From positions 8,253-72,252 of the forward strand of contig CACEMP010000005.1 of the NCBI GenBank assembly GCA_902560675.1: a stretch of 64,000 nucleotides of DNA, in the 5' to 3' direction. A model generated the notes under the pieces. That model had not been told where the DNA came from, searched no databases, and was given only the letters and a program-made list of their open reading frames with translations. The translations under genes were made by a program, and so were the position numbers. Below are positions 56,134 to 64,000 of the stretch, piece after piece (position 1 is the stretch's first letter; every line of letters starts with the position of its first letter). Origin of the DNA: an uncultured Alphaproteobacteria bacterium. GTDB lineage: Bacteria; Pseudomonadota; Alphaproteobacteria; HIMB59; GCA-002718135.

Positions 56134-57618
56134 ATGTTTATTGGAATTGATCTAGGTACTTCATCAGTTAAGACAATATTAATTGATCATAATCAACAAA
56201 TCCTAGCCTCCTCAAACTCAAATTTAACAGTCCAAAGTTTGAAAGATGGATATAGTGAACAAAATCCACAAGAATGGATTGATGCTACAATAGAATGTTT
56301 TGAAAATCTTATATTAAAAAAACCTAAAGAATTTTCTGAAACTATTTCTATTGGTATATCTGGACATATGCATGGCGCAACACTTTTGGATAAAAAGGGT
56401 AATGTTATTAGGCCATGTATTTTATGGAATGATACTCGTTCACATCAAGAATGTAAAGAATTTGAAAATCAAACATTTGATGTTAGATCTATCTCAGGCA
56501 ATATTGCAATGCCAGGTTTTACTGCTCCTAAGATCAATTGGATAAAAAACAACGAATTTGAAAACTTTAAAAAAATTTATAAAGTATTACTTCCAAAAGA
56601 TTATTTACGCTTCTATTTAACTGGCGAATTTTTTTCTGAGATGTCAGATGCTTCAGGAACTTTATGGTTAGATATAAAAAATAGGAAATGGTCAAAAGAA
56701 TTATTATCATGTTCTTTTTTAGAAGAAGATCATATGCCAAAACTTGTAGAAGGAAATCATTCGACAGGAGAATTAAAAAAAGAATTTAAAAATAAATTTA
56801 ATTTTAAAAATAATGTAGTGGTAGTTGGGGGTGCAGGAGATAATGCTGCGTCTGCGGTAGGAATGGGAATTATTAATAGCAGTCAATCATTTATATCTCT
56901 TGGTACTTCAGGTGTTTTTTTTACTCCAACTACAAATTATTTAAGTAATACTGGTGATGCAGTTCATTCTTTTTGTCATTGCTTGCCTAATAAATGGCAT
57001 CTTATGTCAGTTATGTTGAGTGCAAGTAATTGTTTAGATTGGATTTCCTCAATAACTAATACTTCAATAATAGAAATATTTAATAACTTAGAAAGTTATT
57101 TTTTAGATAATACATTAATTCAAAACTCTTCATTTTTTTTGCCATATTTATCAGGTGAAAGAACACCACATAATGATCCTTATATTAGGGGATCTTTTCA
57201 TTCTATCAAAACTACAACTTCCGCAATAAACATGCAATACTCAGTGATTGAAGGTGTGAGTTTTGGGATACTTGACGGCGTTAATTCAATTTTAAAAGTA
57301 AATAATAATTTTGATAATATTTACATGGTTGGTGGTGGCTCAAAAAGTACATTTTGGATTGAATTACTTTCTACAATATTAAACAGAAAACTTAATGTTT
57401 GTGATCAAAGTGAATTTGGTGCTGCTTTGGGAGTAGCCCGATTGGCAATGTTTCAAGATAAAAATATTCAAAACCAAACTAAAATTATAGAGACAGTCAA
57501 GATAAATAAAAGTTATATACCAAATGATGATAAAATTGATATATTAATCAAAAGATACAATATTTGGAAAAATCTTTATAAGTCTAATATGGATATTGCA
57601 AAAAATCTAATAACATAA
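56134..57618 (+). CDS. xylB: xylulokinase (FGGY family)
   Basis: 494 aa with 'GIDLGTSSVKT', 'GGAGDNAASAVG' and 'GGGSKSTFW'. Confidence 0.85.
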   Translation: MFIGIDLGTSSVKTILIDHNQQILASSNSNLTVQSLKDGYSEQNPQEWIDATIECFENLILKKPKEFSETISIGISGHMHGATLLDKKGNVIRPCILWNDTRSHQECKEFENQTFDVRSISGNIAMPGFTAPKINWIKNNEFENFKKIYKVLLPKDYLRFYLTGEFFSEMSDASGTLWLDIKNRKWSKELLSCSFLEEDHMPKLVEGNHSTGELKKEFKNKFNFKNNVVVVGGAGDNAASAVGMGIINSSQSFISLGTSGVFFTPTTNYLSNTGDAVHSFCHCLPNKWHLMSVMLSASNCLDWISSITNTSIIEIFNNLESYFLDNTLIQNSSFFLPYLSGERTPHNDPYIRGSFHSIKTTTSAINMQYSVIEGVSFGILDGVNSILKVNNNFDNIYMVGGGSKSTFWIELLSTILNRKLNVCDQSEFGAALGVARLAMFQDKNIQNQTKIIETVKINKSYIPNDDKIDILIKRYNIWKNLYKSNMDIAKNLIT

Positions 57619-57625
57619 GTTTAAT

Positions 57626-58057
57626 TTAAATATTTTCTTCAATGAATTTTCTGGCAAGATAATCTGCTTTTTCATTATATTCATTGTTAGAATGACCTTT
57701 TACCCAGTTCCATTTAACATTATGTTTTAGAATTTGTCTATCTAACTCTTCCCATAAATCTTTATTTTTAACATCTTTTTTGTTTGAAGTTCTCCATCCA
57801 TTTTTTTTCCAGTTATGTATCCAACTTTCTATTCCATCCTTTAAATATTTACTGTCTGTAAATATTTCTATATCAGTTTTAATTTTAAAGTAAGATACTG
57901 ATTTAATTGCAGCAATTAATTCCATTCGATTGTTAGTAGTATTTTTTTCACCTCCATTTAGGAAAATAGGTTCTGGTGAACTATTTAAAATTATAGCACC
58001 CCAACCACCAATCCCTGGATTTCCTGAACATGCACCATCTGTATAAATTGATATCAC
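57626..58057 (-). CDS. rnhA: ribonuclease HI
   Basis: 143 aa with 'IYTDGACSGNPG', 'TNNRMEL' and 'TDSKY'. Confidence 0.93.
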   Translation of the reverse strand: MISIYTDGACSGNPGIGGWGAIILNSSPEPIFLNGGEKNTTNNRMELIAAIKSVSYFKIKTDIEIFTDSKYLKDGIESWIHNWKKNGWRTSNKKDVKNKDLWEELDRQILKHNVKWNWVKGHSNNEYNEKADYLARKFIEENI

Positions 58058-58059
58058 AA

Positions 58060-59007
58060 TTAAAATACCTTGTTACTTTGATGCCATTTTAAAATATTAA
58101 AATATTGTAAAGGGTCTTTTTTGACCACAAATGCATCACTTGTATGAAATAAATAGTCATATAATCTTGTTACTAAAATTCTAACTGTTGCTATTCTTAA
58201 AACTACATTAAATGCTTCAATCTCTTCAGTCTCTAATTTTCTTGATAAACTATATCCTTCAATTATTGATTTAAAATATGTTTTATTAAAAAATTTGCCG
58301 TTGTCTTGAAAACTCCATTCATTGATTGCAATACTTAAATCATAAATAAAAAAATGATAACATGAAAAATAAAAATCAATTACACCTGAAATAATACCAT
58401 CTTTAAAAAAAATATTATCTTTAAATAAGTCTGCATGATTGATCCCAGATGGAAGTTTTTTTGGCCATGCTTCCTCTAGAAATTTTATTTCACTACTTAA
58501 TTTATCAAACAACTCAAAAAAAATTCTATTATTAGTATTTTGACATTTATTAAAAATTTTTTTTAATTCATAAATATTTAAAGTATTTTCTTTTTTCCTA
58601 TAATAATTTTTAGTAATTTTATGCAAATTACCAATCATTTTTCCAACTTCAAAACATTCTTTGTTTGTAGGATCAGTTATTTGTTTTCCTTCAATAAATG
58701 AAACTATAACTGCTTTTTTATTTTTAATAGAATTAATGATTTTGTTTTGATTATTATGGATTGGGTTTGGACATTTAAATTTATTTTGATTTAAATATAT
58801 TTTTAAATCCATAAAAAATGGAAGATCTTCGTTTCTTACTCTTTTTTCAAATATTGTAAGTATATATGGTTTACCATCACAAATTAATTTATAATTTGTA
58901 TTTTCAATCCCTTCAATTATTCCAGTAAAATCCTCTAATTTACCTATCTCATATGAATCAATAAATTCATGAATATCTTTTTTTTCTAATTTAGTAAAAA
59001 CAGCCAT
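58060..59007 (-). CDS. thrB: homoserine kinase, APH-fold (ThrB type II)
   Basis: 315 aa with the N-terminal 'AVFTKL...GIIEGIENTNYKL' and 'INHADLFKDNIFF ... VIDFYFSC'. Confidence 0.85.
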   Translation of the reverse strand: MAVFTKLEKKDIHEFIDSYEIGKLEDFTGIIEGIENTNYKLICDGKPYILTIFEKRVRNEDLPFFMDLKIYLNQNKFKCPNPIHNNQNKIINSIKNKKAVIVSFIEGKQITDPTNKECFEVGKMIGNLHKITKNYYRKKENTLNIYELKKIFNKCQNTNNRIFFELFDKLSSEIKFLEEAWPKKLPSGINHADLFKDNIFFKDGIISGVIDFYFSCYHFFIYDLSIAINEWSFQDNGKFFNKTYFKSIIEGYSLSRKLETEEIEAFNVVLRIATVRILVTRLYDYLFHTSDAFVVKKDPLQYFNILKWHQSNKVF

Positions 59008-59010
59008 AAT

Positions 59011-59952
59011 TTAATTTTTAAGTGATTGAGGTACTTTAAAATAAATATCTTCCTTTTGATAATATGCTTCGTTAATGGTTATTTCAAAATTATTCTTTAA
59101 TTTTTCTATAAGTTTTTTTACTAGTATTTCAGGTGAGGATGCACTTGCAGTAATTCCAATATTGCTTATATTTTCAAAAATGCTGAGGTTAATTGAATCG
59201 ACGTCTTCAACTAAAATTGCTTTTTTTGAACCATAGTTTTTTGCAACTTCAACCAATCTCAAGGAATTGGAAGAATTACTTGCTCCAATAATTAAAAAAT
59301 AATCGCAATTTGCTGCAATTTTTTTTACAGCTTCCTGTCTATTTGTTGTAGCATAACAAATATCATTTTTCTTGGGTTCTATTACATTAGTAAAATATCT
59401 TTTTATTTCATCTATTATATCTTTTGTATCATCTACAGATAATGTAGTTTGTGTTACATAAGCTACTTTTTTATTCCTATCAATTGGTAAATTTTTAACA
59501 TCATCAGGTTTTTCAACAAGATGAATTTCATTTTTAGTTTGTCCCATAGTACCAATAACTTCTGGATGGTTCCTATGACCTATCAAAATAACTGGAAGTT
59601 TTTTCTTATCAAAATGCTCAACTTCTTTATGAATTTTACTTACTAAGGGACAAGTTGCATCATAATAAAGTAGGTTTAATTTTAAAGCTTCTTTTGGCAC
59701 TGCTTTGGGAACTCCATGAGCTGAAAATATTACCGGCCTGCTCTTATCTCTAATTTCATTTAATTCCTCAACAAATATGGCACCTTCAGACTTTAAATTT
59801 TCTACCACATATTTATTGTGTACAATTTCGTGTCTAACATAAACTGGTTGACCATATTTTTTCAGAGCTTGTTTTACCATTTCTATAGCTCTATCAACTC
59901 CTGCACAAAATCCTCTTGGACCAGCTAGATAAATGTTTAATTTTTTACTCAT
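59011..59952 (-). CDS. ispH: 4-hydroxy-3-methylbut-2-enyl diphosphate reductase
   Basis: 313 aa with 'PRGFCAGVDRAI', 'EIVHN' and 'ICYATTNRQ'. Confidence 0.93.
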   Translation of the reverse strand: MSKKLNIYLAGPRGFCAGVDRAIEMVKQALKKYGQPVYVRHEIVHNKYVVENLKSEGAIFVEELNEIRDKSRPVIFSAHGVPKAVPKEALKLNLLYYDATCPLVSKIHKEVEHFDKKKLPVILIGHRNHPEVIGTMGQTKNEIHLVEKPDDVKNLPIDRNKKVAYVTQTTLSVDDTKDIIDEIKRYFTNVIEPKKNDICYATTNRQEAVKKIAANCDYFLIIGASNSSNSLRLVEVAKNYGSKKAILVEDVDSINLSIFENISNIGITASASSPEILVKKLIEKLKNNFEITINEAYYQKEDIYFKVPQSLKN

Positions 59953-60003
59953 TTTAATCTACAATATTGTATTCTTAGTTGTTTTTATAGTAATACTATA
60001 ATT

Positions 60004-60507
60004 GTGAAAAAACTCTTAATATTTTTTATTATATTTGTACTTTTTGCATGTGAAAGTCCTCAAAATAAAGATGCTAAAACTTCTCTAATAAAATGTCCAG
60101 CAGTATTCTTTTCATCAGAAAACAATGTTTATTCATATGGTAAATTAGAAAATTTAAACTTAGATGAAATTGAATACATTGCCACACTAAATAATTATGC
60201 CTTATCAAGTGGATGTATTGTGGACTCTAATATTTATAAATATTCACTTGATTTATTGATTCTAATTGAATTTTTAAAACCTGTAGGTAAGGAAGTCAAT
60301 TTACCAATCTTCGTCTTAGTGTATGACAAAAATGAAATATTAATTGATAAGCAATATTTTAGAATAAAGGAAAATTTTACAAATATCCTTAAAAAAACAG
60401 ATCAGAAAAAATCAGAATTAAAAACTAAATTAAATATTTTAGTAACAGAGGGTGTTGAAGTTGGCTCAATTACAATTGGGTTTGTGAAGATTAAAAATAG
60501 TAATTAG
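60004..60507 (+). CDS. hypothetical lipoprotein
   Basis: 167 aa with a GTG start, signal peptide and 'LFAC' lipobox-like site. I recognise no family. Confidence 0.5.
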   Translation: MKKLLIFFIIFVLFACESPQNKDAKTSLIKCPAVFFSSENNVYSYGKLENLNLDEIEYIATLNNYALSSGCIVDSNIYKYSLDLLILIEFLKPVGKEVNLPIFVLVYDKNEILIDKQYFRIKENFTNILKKTDQKKSELKTKLNILVTEGVEVGSITIGFVKIKNSN

Positions 60508-60989
60508 TTTTTTAAAACACTATTTAAGTCTTTTATAGAAACATCAATCAGGTCTGATTTTTCTTTATTTGTTAACTTTTCTTGTAAGATATTTGTAGTC
60601 ACTTCTATTGCAACATTTGTAATATAGTTTTTAACAGAAAGATTTGCATCTCTTAAAGCTTGTTCTATTTTATTTTGCGCTACAACTCTTCTTTTTTCAA
60701 TTTGTTCAGAGAGTTTATATGAAGATAATTGTTTAAGTTGATCAATTTTATTTTGACATTCAATTTTTAAGTTATCAATTTCCTTTTCAACTTCATTTTC
60801 TCTTAGCTTTAATTCATCAAGAGTTTTTTGAGCCTCACTTTTTAAGTTCTCTGCTTCATATATTTTTGATTTAATATCACTAATTTGAGCATCTAGACTT
60901 GAAATTAACATTTTTCTTACTGGATTAAAAATTGCTGCTATAAATAAAACAAATGATACAGCTACCCAGAATTGTGGATCTGAAAACAT
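60504..60989 (-). CDS. atpF: F0F1 ATP synthase subunit b
   Basis: 161 aa with an N-terminal TM segment and a long charged coiled coil. It is last in the atpI-B-E-F'-F operon. Confidence 0.85.
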   Translation of the reverse strand: MFSDPQFWVAVSFVLFIAAIFNPVRKMLISSLDAQISDIKSKIYEAENLKSEAQKTLDELKLRENEVEKEIDNLKIECQNKIDQLKQLSSYKLSEQIEKRRVVAQNKIEQALRDANLSVKNYITNVAIEVTTNILQEKLTNKEKSDLIDVSIKDLNSVLKN

Positions 60990-61480
60990 TAATTTAAACT
61001 TTCCTTACTAGATTTAATAGCTTTATCAATATCACTATTAGTTAAATCTAAATTGGTAATTTTAGATACCGTTAATTTAGTTAGATTTGCAATTTCGTAA
61101 TCAATATTTTTCATTTGATTGTCACGACTTTTTAAAATTTCCTTTTCAGAATTGGAAATTTTTTTTTCTAAATCTTGATCCAGCTCTGACAGTTGAGATG
61201 CAACTTCATCTTGTAAAGAATTTATTGTTTCTTTTATTAGAATATCAGCTTCCTCTTTCGCTTTAAAAATTTGTAAGTTGATTTTTTTTTCTATTTCTAA
61301 AGCTTTTTCCTGAAGCTCCTTGGCAGAAGATAAATTTTTATTTATTTTATTTTGTCTATTTTCTAGCACAGTTGATATTCTGGGAAGAGAGATCCTCCAC
61401 AAGAATATAAATAGAAAAGTAAAAAATATTGCTAGCCAAAAGAGCTGCGATACAAAGAACTCGGGATTTAATTGTGGCAT
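60989..61480 (-). CDS. atpF2: F0F1 ATP synthase subunit b'
   Basis: 163 aa with 'MPQLNPEFFVSQLFWL', typical of alphaproteobacterial b'. Confidence 0.85.
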   Translation of the reverse strand: MPQLNPEFFVSQLFWLAIFFTFLFIFLWRISLPRISTVLENRQNKINKNLSSAKELQEKALEIEKKINLQIFKAKEEADILIKETINSLQDEVASQLSELDQDLEKKISNSEKEILKSRDNQMKNIDYEIANLTKLTVSKITNLDLTNSDIDKAIKSSKESLN

Positions 61481-61500
61481 ATTATTTGTGAGAGATTTTT

Positions 61501-61725
61501 TTAACCAAACAAAATAACTAATGCTATAACCAGTGCAAATAATGCAATAGCTTCAACTAATGCAAATCCTAGCATTGTCATAGTAAATACTTCTCCCCTA
61601 GCTGCTGGATTTCTCCCGACTGCTTGAATAAATGATGAGAAAATATTACCAATACCAATACCAGAACCAATAACACCTATAACGGCTAGTCCCGCTCCGA
61701 TAACTTTTGCTGCTTCAATTTCCAT
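61501..61725 (-). CDS. atpE: F0F1 ATP synthase subunit c
   Basis: 74 aa hairpin protein with 'GRNPAA' and the 'ALVEAIALF' proton-binding Glu. Confidence 0.95.
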   Translation of the reverse strand: MEIEAAKVIGAGLAVIGVIGSGIGIGNIFSSFIQAVGRNPAARGEVFTMTMLGFALVEAIALFALVIALVILFG

Positions 61726-61743
61726 AAGACCTCCTATTTTAAA

Positions 61744-62478
61744 TTAATGTAAATGATAAGCATCGTTAATATATAAACATGTGAGTATTGCAAACACATA
61801 AGCTTGCAAAAAAGCAATTAAAACTTCCAAACCAGTTAAAGCAACTATGAATGCGAGAGGAAAAGCACCAGTAAAAAAAGGCATTGTCACCACAAATCCA
61901 GCAAATACTTTTAATAATGTATGACCTGCAAGCATATTGGCAAATAGTCTTACAGATAAACTAATTGGTCGTGATAAGTATGAGATAACTTCAATTGGAA
62001 TTAATAAAGGATGCATGTAGAAAGGTACACCAGGAATTACAAAAAAAGAAAAGAATTTTAGACCGTGATTAAAAAAACCAAGAATTGTTACACCAATAAA
62101 AACAACTGCAGCTAGAGCAAATGTAACAATTATGTGACTTGTAAAGGTAAATTGGTAAGGAATCATTCCAATCATATTTCCAACTAAAACAAACATAAAT
62201 AAGCTAAATACGAAAGGAAAATATTTTTTGCCATTTTCCCCAACAGTGTCAGATAATAATTGTGCAATAAAATTGTACATTAATTCTGAAATCAATTGCC
62301 ATCTCGATGGAATAATTGACTTTGTGTTAACACTTAAAGTTAAGAATAATGTAATCACTAAGACAGTTATAAACATAGCAAAAGAAGAATTAGTAAAAGA
62401 TAAATTGTAACCCGAAATTTCTATTTCAGAAATTGTATCAATTTCAAACTGTTTTAAGGGACTGTCTTTAGCGGCCAT
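61744..62478 (-). CDS. atpB: F0F1 ATP synthase subunit a
   Basis: 244 aa with 'SLSVRLFANMLAGH'. Confidence 0.95.
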   Translation of the reverse strand: MAAKDSPLKQFEIDTISEIEISGYNLSFTNSSFAMFITVLVITLFLTLSVNTKSIIPSRWQLISELMYNFIAQLLSDTVGENGKKYFPFVFSLFMFVLVGNMIGMIPYQFTFTSHIIVTFALAAVVFIGVTILGFFNHGLKFFSFFVIPGVPFYMHPLLIPIEVISYLSRPISLSVRLFANMLAGHTLLKVFAGFVVTMPFFTGAFPLAFIVALTGLEVLIAFLQAYVFAILTCLYINDAYHLH

Positions 62479-62499
62479 AATAATAATTGAGTATAAAAA

Positions 62500-62787
62500 T
62501 TACCTTTGTTTTTCAATGCGACGCATTACACGATAAACATTTAAAAATCCAGCTAATGCGCCAAAAATGAAGAAAATAATTAAACCAAATGGTTTAGTAT
62601 TTAAATAATTATCCACAATGAGGCCAATTCCAACACCAACGACTAAAGCAGCAATTATTTCAGTACTGATTTTGAAACCGAAACCAGCTCCACCCTCTTT
62701 TTTGTTATAATTATTATATTTTTTTTTATCCTCTAAACTGTCGATTTTTTTACTTAATTTTTCTAAATTTTTATTTTTATAATTCAT
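62500..62787 (-). CDS. atpI: AtpI/AtpZ-like ATP synthase protein I
   Basis: 95 aa with two TM helices, first in the F0 operon. It overlaps the smc stop by 11 nt. Confidence 0.7.
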   Translation of the reverse strand: MNYKNKNLEKLSKKIDSLEDKKKYNNYNKKEGGAGFGFKISTEIIAALVVGVGIGLIVDNYLNTKPFGLIIFFIFGALAGFLNVYRVMRRIEKQR

Positions 62788-64000
62788 TACCTAAATCTTG
62801 CTCTTTAATTTCAATTGCCTTTTCAAGATCTACAGATACTAATTGTGATACGCCTTTTTCAGGCATAGTAACACCGAAAAGTCTATTTACTCTAGCCATT
62901 GTCATTCTATGATGAGTAATAACTAAAAATTTTGTTGATGATGTCTTTGCAATTTCTTCTACAAGAGAACAAAATCTATCTACATTTGTGTCATCCAAGG
63001 GTGCATCAACCTCATCCAAAACACAAATCGGGGCTGGATTTGATAAAAATACAGCAAACAATAGTGATAAAGCTGTAAGAGCTTGCTCGCCACCTGATAG
63101 TAAATTTAAGTTTTGTAGTTTTTTACCTGGAGGACTTGCAAATATATCTAGACCAGCTTGAAGAGGATCTGATTCATCAGTAAATTTTAAATAAGCTTTT
63201 CCACCTCCAAACAATCTTGTAAATAATTTTTGAAAATTTTCATTCACAATTCCATAAGCAGCTAGCAATCTTTGTCTACCTTCTGTGTTAAGTGAATCAA
63301 TTGCTTCTCGCAATTTTGAAATTGCATTTAGAAGATCAGTTTGATCTTTTTTTATTGTATCTACTTTTTCTTCTAAGTCTTTTGATTCCTGTTCTGCTAA
63401 AAGGTTAACTCCTCCTAAACGTTCTTGTTCCGCCACAAGTCTTTCTAATTTTTTCTCTAACCCTTCTACTTCTCCAAGTAATTTATTCGGATTTATTTCT
63501 CCAATGTTATATAAATCATTAAGATCTGCACTTAGTCTCTCTTTTACCTGAGTTGATAGTAACTTAATTGCTTCATTAATTGTATTAATTTGACCTTCTG
63601 TTCTAATTCTTTCTTCTCTTAACTCATTCAATTTAATTTCTTCTAACTTTAATTTTTTGTTAATTTCATTTGCATTTTGTTCAGTTTTACGAAGTTGCTC
63701 TGCAATTTTTTCATAAGAAATTTTATTATCTTTTATCAAGGTTTGTAATTTTATTTTTTCATTTGATACTGCATCAGGAACAGATTGTAGATTTGATAAT
63801 TCTTTTATGAGTGAATTCTCTCTTGAATTAAGTTCTTCTATTCTTTGGTTTGCTTTGACTGATATATCATTCCATTGCTTTTCTTCAGCACTTAATTGTT
63901 TTATTCTTCTGTTTTTTAATTGATCCAATATAGCTCTAGTAGAATTATTCTGCTTACCTTTAGAAACAAATCCATCCCATCTCCAAATTTCTCCTAAATT
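62777..64000 (-). CDS. smc: chromosome segregation protein SMC, C-terminal part (5' end outside the window)
   Basis: The frame stays open to base 64000. A coiled coil is followed by the signature 'LSGGEQALTA' and Walker B 'VLDEVDAPLDD'. Confidence 0.9.
   Translation of the reverse strand, partial: NLGEIWRWDGFVSKGKQNNSTRAILDQLKNRRIKQLSAEEKQWNDISVKANQRIEELNSRENSLIKELSNLQSVPDAVSNEKIKLQTLIKDNKISYEKIAEQLRKTEQNANEINKKLKLEEIKLNELREERIRTEGQINTINEAIKLLSTQVKERLSADLNDLYNIGEINPNKLLGEVEGLEKKLERLVAEQERLGGVNLLAEQESKDLEEKVDTIKKDQTDLLNAISKLREAIDSLNTEGRQRLLAAYGIVNENFQKLFTRLFGGGKAYLKFTDESDPLQAGLDIFASPPGKKLQNLNLLSGGEQALTALSLLFAVFLSNPAPICVLDEVDAPLDDTNVDRFCSLVEEIAKTSSTKFLVITHHRMTMARVNRLFGVTMPEKGVSQLVSVDLEKAIEIKEQDLGNEL

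Overview
The window is very AT-rich and has almost no non-coding DNA. Gene content is alphaproteobacterial, and by inference it comes from a streamlined marine SAR11/Pelagibacterales-like genome. I see no rRNA, tRNA, CRISPR array, transposase, integrase or phage gene.

Layout:
(1) 1-7.7 kb: xseA 3' end, then a minus-strand late lipid-A/LPS block (lpxL, lpxK, waaA, DUF374, msbA), ubiA and rsmE.
(2) 7.7-13.2 kb: a complete aa3 cytochrome oxidase locus, coxB-coxA-ctaB-(35-aa ORF)-ctaG-coxC-surf1.
(3) 13.2-21 kb: housekeeping genes (M32 carboxypeptidase, thrC, M16 peptidase, ogt, a GATase) and a TIM-barrel/Gfo-Idh-MocA pair.
(4) 21.1-24.7 kb: two diverged ammonium-transporter paralogues. Each has a tandem pair of glutamine (glnA-motif) riboswitch aptamers and a conserved candidate anti-Shine-Dalgarno box in its leader. 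A small MarR-like winged-helix ORF sits between them.
(5) 24.7-28 kb: a small basic ORF, yqgE, a DsbD/ScsB-type reductase and a translationally coupled Prx5 peroxiredoxin.
(6) 28-57.6 kb: a roughly 30 kb carbohydrate and sugar-acid island with no regulator gene.
(7) 57.6-64 kb: core genes rnhA, thrB, ispH, a lipoprotein, the F0 operon atpI-B-E-F'-F, and the smc 3' end.

The island in (6) contains:
- an Frc-like ABC importer fused to an APH-fold kinase and an enolase paralogue with an altered active site;
- a 10-gene operon starting with a degenerate PanB-like gene and a membrane His-box (MocD/desaturase-like) oxygenase, followed by lactonase, SDR, two enolase-superfamily dehydratases, a DHDPS-like aldolase, an IlvD-family dehydratase and an ACC-deaminase-fold PLP enzyme;
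- a RhaSTPQ-type transporter with an oxidative 6-deoxyhexose (L-rhamnose-like) pathway;
- lactate-type dehydrogenases, a serine hydrolase, a DMT exporter and xylB.

Best candidates for undescribed biology:
- the kinase plus variant-enolase transport operon;
- the PanB-like/His-box oxygenase-led sugar-acid operon;
- the riboswitch/anti-SD/wHTH architecture around the amt genes;
- the surf1 gene, which has no canonical start codon and sits in frame with coxC.

All functional calls come from motif recognition by eye. No database search was run.
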